A DNA stretch of 64,000 nt from Octopus vulgaris (lineage: Eukaryota). Below, piece by piece: positions 39,572-52,988 of the stretch. The stretch is from assembly GCA_951406725.2 (NCBI GenBank), contig OX597826.1, forward strand, positions 57,040,001 through 57,104,000, in the 5' to 3' direction. The notes beneath the pieces were generated by a model. It did no database searches. It worked only from the letters and a program-made list of their open reading frames with translations, and had not been told where the DNA came from. Each line of letters starts with the position of its first letter. Position 1 is the stretch's first letter. Made by a program: the position numbers and the translations under genes.

Positions 39572-40374
39572 TATTTATATATATAGTCCTCAATATATAT
39601 ATATATATAGTCCTCTAAATTTTGTATATATATATATATTTACACAGGCACACATATATACTTCACATATACCACCATACTTTTTTTAAGGGTCAGACAG
39701 AATTTGTTGAGGCAGATCTTATAATAGGTGGATACCATTACTGTTGACAACCCTTACCTTTTTCCAAGCAAGGGTCTATCTTTCCATACCTAGACTTGTT
39801 CATTGAAGACTAGAAAAGAACAACTTCACTGTATGATACTGAAGCTGATTTACTACCATCATGTAATGGTCTAGACAAAAGCCCATGCAAACACATACTC
39901 CCACACACACACATGTACATAGGTATAGAAATACGTACACGCATGCGGACACACGCACACATACATAAAAACAATATCACTCACACCCATTGTTAGATGC
40001 TAACATTAAGGAGAAACTAAAATTATGGGAAGCTTTTTAAATAATAGTACAATTTGAAAAAAAGAAAAAAAGCTAAAGATGTTGAAAATCAATTGGGAAC
40101 CAGTTCAGAAGTAGAATAATTTATGCTATGAATTTATTTGAAATAAACAATAAAATATAGTCAATATTTAGTGTATCCCTCTTTAGTCTCTATTAACGAT
40201 TAAGTTCTACTCTTCATTATTTATTAATATCAATAAATTTACAGTATTTTAATTCTCCCATATTTCTCACTACAGTTCTCCAAAATTTCTTTGATACTAT
40301 CTGAGAATTTAATTGGCGTCTAGACTGCATTGCCTAGTTCCAGAGTATACATTTATTTTTCCTTCTACTCTTTG

Positions 40375-40646
40375 TTAACCCTTTTTATACTGCTGAAAAT
40401 TATCTCTGAATATTGGGGGGGAAAAAATCACCAAAAACCACTTTTTATATAAAGTGGTCTTATTTAAAATACTTTCATTATTATTTTAACTAATAATCTT
40501 TAGTTACATTCCAAACATCAGGTTTAATATACCAACAAATGTAAAGGTTAGTTTACTCTGCTGAACCTCTATAAATTCTTAATTATTTTCAAAATTATTT
40601 AAAATAGACAGTGTATTTCATTAGAAGTAAGGTGCAGAAAAGGTTA
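40375..40646. mobile_element. Decayed piggyBac-type MITE
   Basis: ttaaccctttt...aaaaggttaa termini; interior similar to 52989-53215. Confidence 0.55.
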
Positions 40647-40867
40647 ACGTAATTAATCTTAATTAGGTAGCCTGTCATAATACAATAACCTGATGAGGTA
40701 CTAAATTTTCATTATTCATGGAGCATTTCTGAATTAATTTGATGAATTTCTGATAAAATATTGAGATATTCAGTCTTTTTAATAATCTCAATTGGCAGAT
40801 ATAATATTCCCAGTGCTTATTAATGCCATAACTTAAGTACACCATTAGATTTGGAGAGATATATGCA

Positions 40868-41192
40868 TAGGTTTGGCTGTGTGGTTAAGAAGTTTGCTTT
40901 GCAGCCTTGTGGTTTCAGGTTGAGTTTCACTTTACAGCACATTGGATCCCAGGCCAATCAATTCTTTGTGAATGAATTTGATAGACAGAAAGTGTGCAGG
41001 AGCCAACTGTGCATGTGTGTGTGAGTGTGTGTGTGTTGGTTTAATTACATCCTTATAGTTAGGTAAAGCAAAAGGAGAACAACAGATCAAGCACCAGCAT
41101 TAAAATTAAGTACTGAGGTTGATCTATTTGAGTAAACCATTCAAAGCATTTCCTTAGCATGGCCTCAGTCCAATGACTGAAACAAATAAAAG
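40868..41192 (+). mobile_element. Old family A-type SINE
   Basis: tggctgtgtggttaagaagtttgct head, (TG)n, agcatggcctcagtccaatgactgaaacaaataaaag tail. Confidence 0.7.
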
Positions 41193-42319
41193 AGGATACA
41201 CTCTTTTCTTTGGCTTTTACTAGTTTCAGATCATACTGGAGCATCACCTTCAAAGATGTAAGACAACTATATCAACCTTAGTATTTGACTGGTATTAATT
41301 TTATCAATCTTGTCCAAGGATGGAAAGTGAAGTCAACTAAGACAGAAATTATTTGCTTCCAGAATAAAACATATTCTCAACCTTAATAACTCTGGTTTGT
41401 ACATTATGATATTTCTGTAGCACTAACCTCTTTAGCTCTTTCTCATAGTCATTATTATTATGTGCAGTGATTATGAAGATATCAATTTGATTTAACTCAA
41501 CTAATTAGTTAGTTTTGAAACGAATTTAATTTTATTTTTAATATTCTGAAAAATTAAAGAAAATTTCTGAATTTTTTTTTTTATTGATCGAGTTAAAAGT
41601 TTCTGTTGATTTTTTTGACATAAAAAAAAAATTTAATCAAAATTTGCTCTTAATATTTTTGAACATTCCTAATTAGATGATTTTAAAATTTTAATTTAGA
41701 TAAGTTTATATGGATAAATATTCATACACAGCTTACAACATGTTAGTTTCCAAACTTTTCTTCTACACATTATCTAATTTGTCTTCAATATTTTGTCTGT
41801 GCAAATTATGCTATCAAATAAATGTTTACTCATTTAAATCAGTCTTAATTTTACACTTAATGAATTACTTTGTAAACACTGTTCCAAAAAGTGCATTAAA
41901 AATATATAAAATCTTGGAAAATTCCATTTGAAAACTTTCAGAAAATATTCCAAAATGAATTGATTATGGAGTTGGAGTTAAATGCTTGAATGCCAAGGAC
42001 ATGACATAGATTTCATTAACAACTGGAAATTTCTATTTCATATATGCAGCTAATAATGCAAACAAGTAAAGCATGAACATCACACAATCTTGTACTCTTT
42101 TTGTTTAAATTCAGTGCTGTGAACCAAAATAAAATAGGGAAACAAAAACCTTCAGACAGTTAGTAAACTACCAATTATATATATTTGATATTATAATTGA
42201 TTTGAGACCAAAAGATTAAAACAGGCCTACTGACAGGACCCAATTTTGCTTATGTACTTTATAGTATATTTCGGTGCAAAGGACTGTACCCTTGGCTCTG
42301 GTAGAAGCAACAAGACTGG

Positions 42320-42960
42320 TGAAATGAATATGGTTGATGTGTCTGTCAAACAACTTGATGACATCAACAGGAAAAGCTTGGACAATGAGAGTATTGTAGA
42401 GGATCAGTAATCTGAAAAGGAAGGACTGGGAAAGTTGGCTAGTGAGGATACTGTTTGGTCAGAAAGGGACAATAATAGGAGTACCTAAGTGGAGATGGCA
42501 CATAATAAGCCAGCTTCAAGGAGCAGAAGCTACTATAGCAGCATTAGAAAAGGCAGCATTCGGAGACAGAATATGAGTCTGAGACTGGAATAAGTAAGCA
42601 AATGGCTTCACGTCAATCAGTTTGATGGTCCTTTTCCAGGATGTTATCAATAGTGTCTCTATATGTAGTAGTAGCAGTGCCCCAGATATAGGAACAGTAT
42701 TCCATTTTCAGTCTCACTTGATTTTCTGTACAGTGTAAAACTATTCTGAACTGAAATATTTTCCATTCCAGAAGAGAAAGGCTAGTCTTAGTGATACAGT
42801 CAGTCTTTGTTATGTTGGAGACATAATTTTGACAGTGGAAATCCTCAGTGATGCTAAGGCTTAGCATTTGTTGTGTCTTTGAGGATTCTGGTTGTTTATG
42901 TTCAAGGTAGATTACAAACAAGGTTTTATTGAAATGTGTAATGATGGTGTCATTGTGCTG
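42320..42960 (-). mobile_element. Decayed CR1/Jockey-group LINE RT C-terminal fragment
   Basis: ORF 42613-42921 contains NQVRLKMEYCSYIWG...IDNI, matching the QVRP.MEYCS.IW...LD.IQ motif of CR1/Jockey-group ORF2. Confidence 0.7.
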
Positions 42961-43074
42961 TTGAAGGCAATAAGATTAGAATGACCCTAACATATGTTTA
43001 TGACAGTTTTATGTATATCAGCCCATTCCATTTTTCCATCTCAAATTAATGCCATCATAGAAAACAGATATTAA

Positions 43075-43106
<32 letters not shown>

Positions 43107-43906
43107 AATGGTGATGATGATGAATTCATCTAAAACAGAAGGCTTTTCTAACAAATCTACATAAAACCTCACAAAGATTTTGTATTTTCGAAGTTCTGCT
43201 CTCGCATAAACCAAAAATGCATCAAATCTTTAAAGAAAGATCATATTCAGAAACATATTTCAGTAACCTGTTCATAAAAGCATGGTTGATGGTTAACTCC
43301 AGGTATATCCTAGCTGAGTAAACCAATGATGAAATGCATTCCAAACTATGGCTATCCAGTTGTACCAAATATCAAAAGCTACACTATTATACTTCATTTT
43401 TAATTATAGTAAGGTGTAATTTGGAGATGTAGCTACTATTTCTAGCAGACTGTTTTTGCTTGTTGTTTTTATAGTAAGCAGTACTGAGTAAACAGTTTTC
43501 AAATCTCAGTACTTTTCCATGACCATTTTCTTTGAGAAAGACCTAAATCATATAACTCTCTACTGTACACCATCTAAAAGAAATGCGGAGATGAAATTTA
43601 AGCAAGAGATCATTACACTAAATACTGACTCTTCATTATCCTACAGCAATGGAAAACAAACAAAAATCAGTTTTGAGAAAATAAATGGGAAAAAAACAAA
43701 CCAAAACAGAGAAGATGCCTAGTCTGCTTCGCGTGACACAAAAGAGTATGTGCATGTACATGTAAGTATCCATGCATACGTGAGTAAGAATATATATTCA
43801 TGCATGTGAGTGTATGTGCATCAATGTATGTGTACATATGTAAGCATGTAAATTTGTCAGTGTGTATGCAGACCTGTATGAATAAGGTGTTTATATAAGT
43901 ATTTAT

Positions 43907-44268
43907 ATCCGAACGTGGCCGTAGCCAGCGGCGCCCTGACTGGCTTCCGTGCCGGTGGCACGTAAAAAGCACTATCCGACCGTGGCCATTGCCAGCTTCG
44001 TCTGGTCTCCGTGCCGGTGGCACGTAAAAAGCACCATCCGATCGTGGCCGTTTGCCAGCCTCGTCTGGCACCTGTGCCGGTGGCTCGTAAAAAGCACCCA
44101 CTACACTCACGGAGTGGTTGGCGTTAGGAAGGACATCCAGCTGTAGAAACACTGCCAGATAAGACTGGGCCTGGTGCAGCCTTCTGGCTTTCCAGACTCC
44201 GGTCGAATCATCCAACCCATGCTAGCATGGAAAGCGGACGTTAAACGATGATGATGATGATGATGATG
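43907..44268 (+). mobile_element. Family B retroposon with three internal tandem units (young, CpG-rich)
   Basis: atccgaacgtggcc start, three gtgccggtggc.cgtaaaaagcac units, (GAT)n tail. Confidence 0.93.
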
Positions 44269-44271
44269 GTA

Positions 44272-44484
44272 TAGGGTGGCCCAAAAGTAGGTTTACAGTT
44301 ATTCAACTATCTCTTTCGCATTCATACATTAACAGTTTAGATCTTAATTATAAAAAGGTATGAAACAATTATTCTAAGGTAATTTAGTTAATTGTAAGAT
44401 GGAAATTTAAATGTAATAAAATGTTTTTAAAAAACCTTTAAAGTGCCTGCGTGATAACTGTAAACCTACTTTTGGGCCACCTTG
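44272..44484. mobile_element. Tc1/mariner-type MITE
   Basis: ~31-bp TIRs tagggtggcccaaaagtaggtttacagttat / ataactgtaaacctacttttgggccaccttg, with TA on both sides. Confidence 0.9.
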
Positions 44485-45123
44485 TATGTAATACAATATT
44501 GTGTGTATGTATGCAGGAAAGTGTGTGTACATACATAAGCAAAAAAAAGCATATATACACACATACACGCACACAAATGTTATGTGCACCATGAATCAGA
44601 ATAACTTTGATAAATTTAAATATTACGAAGCCTAACTGTGGGTGAGGTAAGAATGTAAACAAATCCCTAATATGCTTTTTATGGGGTGGGGGAGGATTGT
44701 CTCCCAATGGATCATTTCAAGGTTTATTGAAAGCTCCTAGAGGACAATGTATCAGGTTTCATTCACAAATCAAGAGTACAGAAGATCCACGTTCATGATA
44801 TGGCAGTCATAAATTAGACTAGTACCACACTGAACAGCCTAATTTGCATATTTGTGCTTTTGGAGGCTGATCATTATTTAAAAAATATTTTTATGTGCCA
44901 CAGAGTGTAAATCAGAAGAGCAGAATACATTTATATATTACACAAAATCTAACTGTGGGTAAAATAAGAATGTAAGCACAGCCCAGCAATAGATGAGTGC
45001 ACCTTTCAATATAAAGAATAGCAGTGCTCTGCTGGTGCTCTATCTTATAAGTGTTCTATGTCAGTCTTCCAATATTTGACATCTAATGCAATTCTGGCTT
45101 TTAAAAAAGTAAGGTAGTCCACA

Positions 45124-45476
45124 AGGTACAGGAGTGGCTATGTGGTAAGAAGTTTGCTTCCCAACCACAAGGTTCCAGGTTCAGTCCCACTACTATAGAC
45201 TTGAGCTGACCAAAGCCTTGTGAGTGGGTTTGGTAGATGGAAACTGAAAGAAGCCCATCATATATATATATTTGCGTGTATTTCTGTTTATCCCCACCAC
45301 CATCGCTTGACAACCGATGTTGGTGTGTTTATGTCCCCCATAACTTAGCAGTTCAGCAAAAGAGACTGATAGAATAAGAACTAGGCTTACAAAGAATAAG
45401 TCATGGGGTCGATTTGTTCGACTAAAGGCAGTGCTGCAGAATGGCTGCAGTCAAATGACTAAAAGAATAAAAGAAT
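45124..45476 (+). mobile_element. Family A SINE with 27-bp deletion removing the CORE-like motif
   Basis: Colinear with family A; junction cccact|actatag at ~45191. Confidence 0.9.
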
Positions 45477-46460
45477 ATATATATATATAATATACACACA
45501 CACAGACACAAACAAATGTATATATGCTTTTGTGTGTGTGTATGTACTTACATATATGCTTGTATGTATATATACATAAACATATAAACATGCATGTGTA
45601 CATACATGTATAGATGTACACATACATATGTATATACATATTTAATATATCTTTATTATCATTGTCACTTAGTGTCAGTATTTCATACTTTATTGGTTAA
45701 TGAGTATTTTTATATAAATATATAAATTTTTAATGCTTATGAATTTAATATATATAAACTTTTGAGATATATTTAATATACATATTATATATATTTAATA
45801 TCCATAACTATATAATATTACGCATACATAAACACATGAATTAGTATGTATGAATGTGAGTATATGCATAATCTGTGCAGAATACAAGTATATGTAATAT
45901 GTATATGTAACCTGGAGATGAGAGGTGAACAGCTTTGTTCCATGAGAATGAGATTTAAAACCAATTGAATCACAGAGTATAAGACATTAAGAAAGAGGGA
46001 GAGAGAGAGAGAAAAATGTGGAGAAGTTAGAATTTAACTGTAGAAGAGGAGAATGAAGAGAAAATAAGGTGGAAGGGTGTAAGCAAAGAAGTGGGGGCGA
46101 TGTCTTTGCCTTCTTCACTGGAACATGAGTATGTTTGTGCCCATATGCATTGAAAAGATTAAAGATAGTTTCGAAAAATCTTGAAAATATTGGTAATTGG
46201 TCACAGACCGTGGAACTAAAGTGGTTGCCTTTCCACTGCTGATATGACATCAAAAGCTTCCTGACTGACTTCACTTTGTTCTCTCTCAAGAATCCTCTAC
46301 CCACTCCTCCCATAAACCTAAAGCCACCTCCTTTACTTCTCAACAGAGAGCAGTGCACAGTCTAACGCTCACTTTCAAGCTCCCATCGTTGCTAGCTTTT
46401 CTTCTGCTCTTCTCAAGTGATCCAAAAGATGAGTACATGAGAGAGAGAGAGAGAGAGAAG

Positions 46461-46496
<36 letters not shown>

Positions 46497-47344
46497 TGAG
46501 AATGCAGAGAGGGAAATAGAAGGGAAGAATGCAGGTAGTATGTGTAAGTAGGAGGAGGGTATTTCTTCTGTTCTAAGGCCATACATACTGCCAAAATCCC
46601 AATTGTCTGTCAAGAGCTGATTTGTCAGAATAGACTCCATCTGTGATCCAGAACTGATTTTTATAACTATTCAAAAGAATCTACAAATAAAGAACAAGCT
46701 TTGTACATGTCATCCAGACCATCAGACTGAAACTTGTCAACTTAAAAACTACTCCTTCCTTCAACATCTAGCCTCATTGACTTCTATCATGTCATTGTCA
46801 AAGCAATGCTACTCCAATGTACCCACTCCCGACACACACACTCCTACAATGTTCTGCTCACAGACATCACCTAAAGATTTTTGTTAATTTAGACCTACCT
46901 TCTCTCCAACTACTTCATAGACTTTATAAATGCTAGCACTTGATATCTCTCCACTGAGCTATCTATGTACCTTACCCACACACATATCCTCATAGAAAAT
47001 TCAAATTCTTTGTCCAGCCAGAATCTCATGAAGACTCATTAGTTGGTTACTGATAAAATCAGAGAAATCATTTCTTGGGAAATGACAATCTCAGAACAAC
47101 TGGAAGAAGAAGAGGAAGAAAAAAATGCACAAAAACAAAAACAAAAAAAAAAACTAGAATTTCGTCTACTTCTTAGTGTGATGATGTAAGCTGGAACATG
47201 ATAAACAAGTATAATATTCACACCAAGATCTATCAACCTCCTTGTCTCTTACATTTATTTGTAACTATCATCAAATATTACATATTTGCAAGTGATTTTA
47301 TGGAAAGAACCAAAAGCTCTTTAGCAGATAAGAATCAAAGAGTG

Positions 47345-47850
47345 AAAGCTGCTACTGACCGTTTTAGAAAACTTGATAGCTGGAGCTAACAACTTAGGAA
47401 AACTCAACAGATGGAAGTGGTAATTTAACTGTTGGAACTGATAACTTTACAAAACATAACACTTTAGAAAAGTTAAAAGCTGGATCTAGAAATTTCAGAA
47501 AATGTAAGAGATAGGGCTGGTAATTTCAGAAAAGTTAGAGATCGGGCATTACAGAAATTTATTAGAGGGAGTAGCAACTTCAAAAAAGGAGGTGACAAAG
47601 GTAGTTAGCAACTTTAGAAAACTTAGTTGACAACTACGTTAGAAAATAACAAAAAGTTGGCGACTGCAATGTCCAACATATACTATTTTGTTTTAAATAA
47701 AAACTTTTTCATTAGTTAGTAGATGGTGCTAGTAACAATAGAAAACTTACTAGATGGAAATGGAAACATTAGAAGACATAACTGACTGAACTGGCAATGT
47801 TTTTAGTTAACTGAGGTAGAAACTTTTGGTCGACTGAGGTGGCAATTCAA
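47345..47850. repeat. Degenerate minisatellite, unit ~29-30 bp
   Basis: Recurring gctgg...(t/c)aacttt(c)agaaaa(c/g)tta; strongly diverged. Confidence 0.65.
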
Positions 47851-48460
47851 AAGCATATTCTATAGGAAACAGGAATTAATTTCATTAATTCCTAAATCAA
47901 TTCCTACAACAAAAAATAATCTAATAGTCATATTTTTATACATTGTGTCAAAACTTTATTACTAAATAAATTAATACAAGTATCATAACAGCAAATGTCA
48001 GATAGAAGAATTTGAAACCTAAGCCCTCATTCCCTCACCTTATTAAACAAATATACAAATAAAAAATGAAATTCAATCTCAATGAGAAACAGATGAGTGA
48101 CATAAAACCAAACCAATAACTTACTGACGTAAATGAAATAATAAAACAAATTTCGGTGCTTATTTCTATGAGCTGGTAGTAGATTAAAGGATCTACAAGT
48201 TTTTCTATTATGGTTTTAATAAGGGATATGAATTACAACTGTGTTTATGTCTGCACATGTCTGTGCATGTGTTTAGCAATGTGTTGTATTATAAGTTGAT
48301 GAACTGAGATGCGTAACTTGAAATTAGTAGATACAGGATGAAATTTTATATATATTTATACATATCTATTGAACCTAAAATTTAAATTCTAACTTCAATG
48401 GAAAAATATGATTACATTTCAAGCATTAAAATAAATCAATAGCAAAAAAAGAAGTATTTT

Positions 48461-48500
48461 TAAAAATTAAATTGCAACTGGAGTTGCAATTTAATTTTTA
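48461..48500. repeat. Perfect inverted repeat, 19-bp arms, 2-nt spacer
   Basis: taaaaattaaattgcaact-gg-agttgcaatttaattttta. Confidence 0.95.
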
Positions 48501-48823
48501 TCATTCACCTCAATTCTTGTTCCATGGAAGTTCTATTCATGTCTATTTGAAATTTTAAAATTAATTTGAATAAAATTTGTCTGGATTTAAGTTTAGGTTT
48601 CCATATCACTATCATCGGTTAGAGAATTTTCCATTTGTTTCTTGGTAACTGTTTTTTTCCTTCTTCCAAGAAAACTGTGAAATTAATTATGCTTAATTGT
48701 CTAATACATGCCTGATTTTCACTATGGTACTGTTGACAAATAGAAATGAATGTTGATGAAGAACTGACCCTAGGTAGCAGAGGGTCTCAGCATACAATGA
48801 TGTTACTTATTACATATGCACTG

Positions 48824-49190
48824 AAGGTGATGAGCTAGCAGAATCGTTTGCATGCCAGACAAAATCCTTAGCAGTATTTCATTTATCATTATGTTTTGAG
48901 TTCAAATTCCACTGAGGTCAACTTGGATTTTCATCCTTTCGGATTCAATAAAAGAAGAGCCAGTTGAGCACTGGGGACGATATAATCGACTTAACCCAAC
49001 CCTCAAACTTGCAGGCCTTGTGCCAAAAATTGAAACCTTTATTACAAATGCATGAAAGGTGGCAAGCAGGCAGAATCATTAGCAGTATTTTTTCAGGTTT
49101 TACATTCTGAGTTCAAATTTCACTAAGGCCAATATAATCAGGTTGCCCTTCAACTCCTAAATTTCCGGCCTTGTGTCAATAGTAGAAAAA
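48824..49190 (+). mobile_element. Two tandem family C SINE copies (second internally deleted)
   Basis: aaggtgatgagctagcagaatc...gagttcaaattcc...ggccttgtgccaaaa; then aaggtggcaagcaggcagaatc...gagttcaaattt...ggccttgtgtc. Confidence 0.8.
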
Positions 49191-49536
49191 ATTATTATTT
49201 ATGAACATAGAGGCAAGAATGACCAAGTGGTTAAAAAGTTTGTTTCCCATTCAAGAAATCATTTTATGAGTGAAACTGGAAAGATGGAATGAGTGTGGAA
49301 GCTTGTTGGCAGGAATTTATTTGCAATTCAAAGGGACCAACTCCACAGCTCTAGGACAAGCTGTGTCATGCTGATTCGGCATGAGGATTAGATTTTACTG
49401 AGCTATGGTATGGAATACTCAGCCACCTCTGTTTTAATTCAAGGATTAGGTAGATCCATTAACTGAACATCTAAAACACTTTCTGTAGAAATGGACAGCA
49501 GATAGTTAACATTTATATGCTGTATATGTGTGTATG

Positions 49537-49659
<123 letters not shown>

Positions 49660-50785
49660 CGCAAGAGAGAGAGACAGACAGACAGACAAACAGAAAAGAG
49701 TTGGCACTAGGTGGTTTATCCAAGAATAAAAAATACTCAAACAAGCAAAGATAATATCCTTTTCATGTACAGGGCTTCTGAAAGCCACCTTAAGTTTTGT
49801 TCCATAAGTCAAAATAGTGACTCACAGACAGAAGTATAGATGTAATATAGATACATAAAACATCTTTTTAAGAGAGAACATTTCATTACTACTTAGCTTT
49901 TTTTCCCCTCTTCTTCCACGCCTTTTTCCTCTTAATATTTTAATGTCTGTCTCTGAAATTAAAATAATCTCTGAGAAAATGTAGTTAATGACTGCCAGGG
50001 GCCAATCACTAAACTGTGGAATTAATAAGGTTTCACTTAAGTAATATGGAACCTGTAAAAATATGCAATTAATGAGTCTAAAGACAAGTCTTGTATCAAA
50101 ATGTCTTTGAACAGGCACCAATGAAGCCAACACTTCTCCTTTCTGTTCCAAGCCTACCATGACTTCCACCCACCCATTGCATATAAAGTTTTGGTCTGAT
50201 AAGAGAAAGAAAGCAAAAGTATGTTCGGAATTTTACTCATCAAAAGATTTATGAAGATATAGTTTTATTGCAAAATTCGACTTGGGTTTAAGGCTGGGAT
50301 GCCACAGGAATGGCAGGCATATTGCACTTACTATTAAGAAACCTCTGTGTGCTCACGTGCGTGTGTGAGTTTGTACATGTGTGAGTTTGTGTGTGTGTGA
50401 GTTTGTGTGTATGTGTGAGTTTGTGTGTATGTGTGTGTGTGTGGAAAGGTGACAGCAATTTATTTAGGGAGATTCATGTTGTCAAACTGAAGGAAAAATT
50501 GCTGAGGACAAATTGCAACCTAGGCTTCATTTCTGCTTGCAGAACTCCTACTAGCATTACTAATGATGAAGACGACAATGGTGATGCTACTGCTGTTGTT
50601 GATGACAAAGACGATAAAGATGGTGATGACAGTGCTACAGTCGTTGATGATGATAATGATAGTGATGATAATATGTTGGAAGGCAGCACTCCAACAATGA
50701 GTGGTGGTAGTGATTATAAAGAAGAATGTGATGATGATCATAGCAGTTATTATTATTATTATTATTGTTATTATTATTATTATTA

Positions 50786-50997
50786 AGGTGGTGAGCTAAC
50801 AGAATCATTAGCAAGCCAAGAAAAATGTACAGAACCATTTTGTGCATCTTTACATTCACAGTTCAAATACCACCGAAGTCGACTTTGCCTTTCATCCTTT
50901 CAAGGTCGATAAAATAAGTACCAGTTAAACACTGAGGGGCCAATGTAATTGACTTATCCCCTCCCTGGAATTGCTGGCCTTGTACCAAAATTTGAAA

Positions 50998-51031
<34 letters not shown>
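50786..51031 (+). mobile_element. Family C SINE with (ATT)n tail
   Basis: aaggtggtgagctaacagaatc...gtcgactttgcctttcatcctttc...aagtaccagtt...ggccttgtaccaaaatttgaaac(att)n. Confidence 0.87.
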
Positions 51032-51033
<2 letters not shown>

Positions 51034-51319
51034 CCGAACGTGGCCGTTGCCAGCGCCGCCCTGACTGGCTTCCGTGCCGGTGGCACATAAAAAGCACCAT
51101 CCAATCGTGGCCGTTTGCCAGCCTCGTCTGGCACCTGTGCCGGTGGCATGTAAAAAGCACCCACTACACTCATGGAGTGGTTGGCATTAGGAAGGGCATC
51201 CAACCGTAGAAACATTGCCAGATCAGACTGGGCCTGGTGCAGCCTTCTGGCTTCCCAGACCCCAGTTGAACCGTCCAACCCATGCTAGCATGGAAAGCGG
51301 ACGCTAAACGAAACGAAAC
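51032..51319 (+). mobile_element. Family B retroposon, two internal units, atypical (AAACG)n tail
   Basis: Body near-identical to the 20891 copy; ends ctaaacgaaacgaaac; (ATT)n on both sides. Confidence 0.92.
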
Positions 51320-51679
51320 AATTATTATTATTGCTACTACTATCATTATTATTGGTATAGCAGTTGCGATGAAAAGTGAAAGTACAAAGTTATAGCCCTA
51401 GACAGATCACATTGAGGTAGCTGTGATGGTGATAATCAGTGGTGAACGGAGTCAAGAATATGGAACATGAAATTTAATCCTCATTAAAGAACTCTATATT
51501 AACAGTAGGGTACCATGGAGTACACAACTGGGAGTCATTTGGTAATAATAATTTCTCTCTTCAATAACCTTTCCCTAAAGACACTGGGGCTGAAAGGTTA
51601 TATTTCTTAATATTATTCACATCTCACAGGTTTAATATCTACTGCAAAGACCCAGTTATGATTTTTTCTAATTTTTTTA

Positions 51680-52001
51680 TTCTTTTACTTGTTTCAGTCA
51701 TTTGATTGACTGCAGCCTTGCTGGAGCACTGCCTCAAAGGGTTTTAGTCAAGCAAGCCGACCCCAGCCTTATTTTTAAGCTGAGTATTTTATCGGTCTCT
51801 TTTTGCCAAACCACTAAGGTACGGAACATAAACACACCAACACCGGATGTCAAGTGGTGATGGAGGGACAAACACACAAAAATACACACACATACGATGG
51901 GCTTCTTTCAGTTTCCTTCTACCAAATCCACTCACAAGGCTTTCATTGGCCTGAGGCTATGGTAGAAGGCACTTACCCAAGGTGTCATGCAGTGGAACTG
52001 A
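51680..52001 (-). mobile_element. Family A SINE lacking its extreme 5' end
   Basis: cttttacttgtttcagtcatttga...ccaaatccactcacaaggc...gcagtggaactga. Confidence 0.85.
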
Positions 52002-52034
52002 CAAAATATTTATTATATCAATTATAATCTCGTA

Positions 52035-52260
52035 GATGGTGTGATTTAGTGGTTGGAGGTGCTGGGCTCAGAAGCATTGGGTTGTTGGTTCAATTCTCAG
52101 ATCAAACAACACATTGTGTCCTTGAGAAGGTTCTTCATTTAATGTTTCTCTAATTAGCTCAGCTACAGTTGAATTTAACCCCATGACAAACTGGTATCCT
52201 GTTCAGAAGGGAACTCTGTACTCTCAGTTGTCCAAATCTAGATAAGCTTCATATAGTTAT
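52035..52260 (+). mobile_element. Family F old tRNA-headed SINE
   Basis: gatttagtggttggaggtgctgg...ggttcaattctc...ttgtgtccttgagaag...actggtatcctgttcag. Confidence 0.5.
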
Positions 52261-52309
52261 AGGATTGAGGCAAATTTTAGACATCTTAGTCTATTTTCTT
52301 TAGTTCATT

Positions 52310-52612
52310 TTAACCCTTTCATGATCACGTTTATAATGAAATACATTTTTTGCTAGTTTCAGACAGTAGGTTCTGGATATACAAAGGCATCACCATAATT
52401 GAATATAGGTTTTTAAAAATTTTTGAAGATAATTACTTTTCATATTAACCAAGAATTTGGTGAGGTTTAGTAAAATGATTGTTTGAATGACAACAAAAAT
52501 GGTTCTTACATCAAATCATAAAGAGAGATCTGAAATATGAACATTTTAAGATAAGACGTTTTTCTCACAGAACCAGAAGCAATCTCCAGCGGATTGGTAT
52601 TGAAGGGATTAA
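52310..52612. mobile_element. Older, longer piggyBac-type MITE
   Basis: ttaaccctttc...ttggtattgaagggattaa; related to 59557-59785, opposite orientation to 52989-53215. Confidence 0.6.
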
Positions 52613-52988
52613 GCAACCATTTCTGAGGCTTTGCTGGGATACCATCTTCAATAAATATAGAGCAAACTCGGTATTATGCTGTATTCCTGCTATGGTGGGA
52701 ATAAGTTAAATGTCATCACAGCTGGGTCCCTGGTAAAGCAGTAATGAACAACATAAGTAGAAAAAGAAGATGCAGCTAATTCTGTCCGTTAGTTTGCCCA
52801 CGGTTGTTACTCTTGAGCTGTGTATACAAATATTTATTTTTTTGTTCAGGAGCCCAGGTGGAGGTAAAGTTAGACACGGCGGCCCAAGTCTGAGAGGGCT
52901 AAACAATGTGTTTAATCTCGTTACAACTGTGAAACCCTCACAGAAACCCCGTGAAGCTCCTTCACTGGTCACATTTCCTTTTCAACAG

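Noticed and set aside
40689-40710. Isolated ctgatga words (also ~54850, ~59258) as hammerheads
   Set aside because: No suitably placed stem II plus GAAAC plus cleavage triplet.
43907-44100. Family B unit array resembling a CRISPR repeat-spacer array
   Set aside because: The apparent spacers are homologous to each other, the array is part of a dispersed retroposon, the DNA is eukaryotic and no cas genes are present.
50391-50786. Acidic ORF (NDEDDNGDATAVVDDKDD...)
   Set aside because: Decayed (GAT)n-like low-complexity sequence bounded by (TG)n and (TAT)n.
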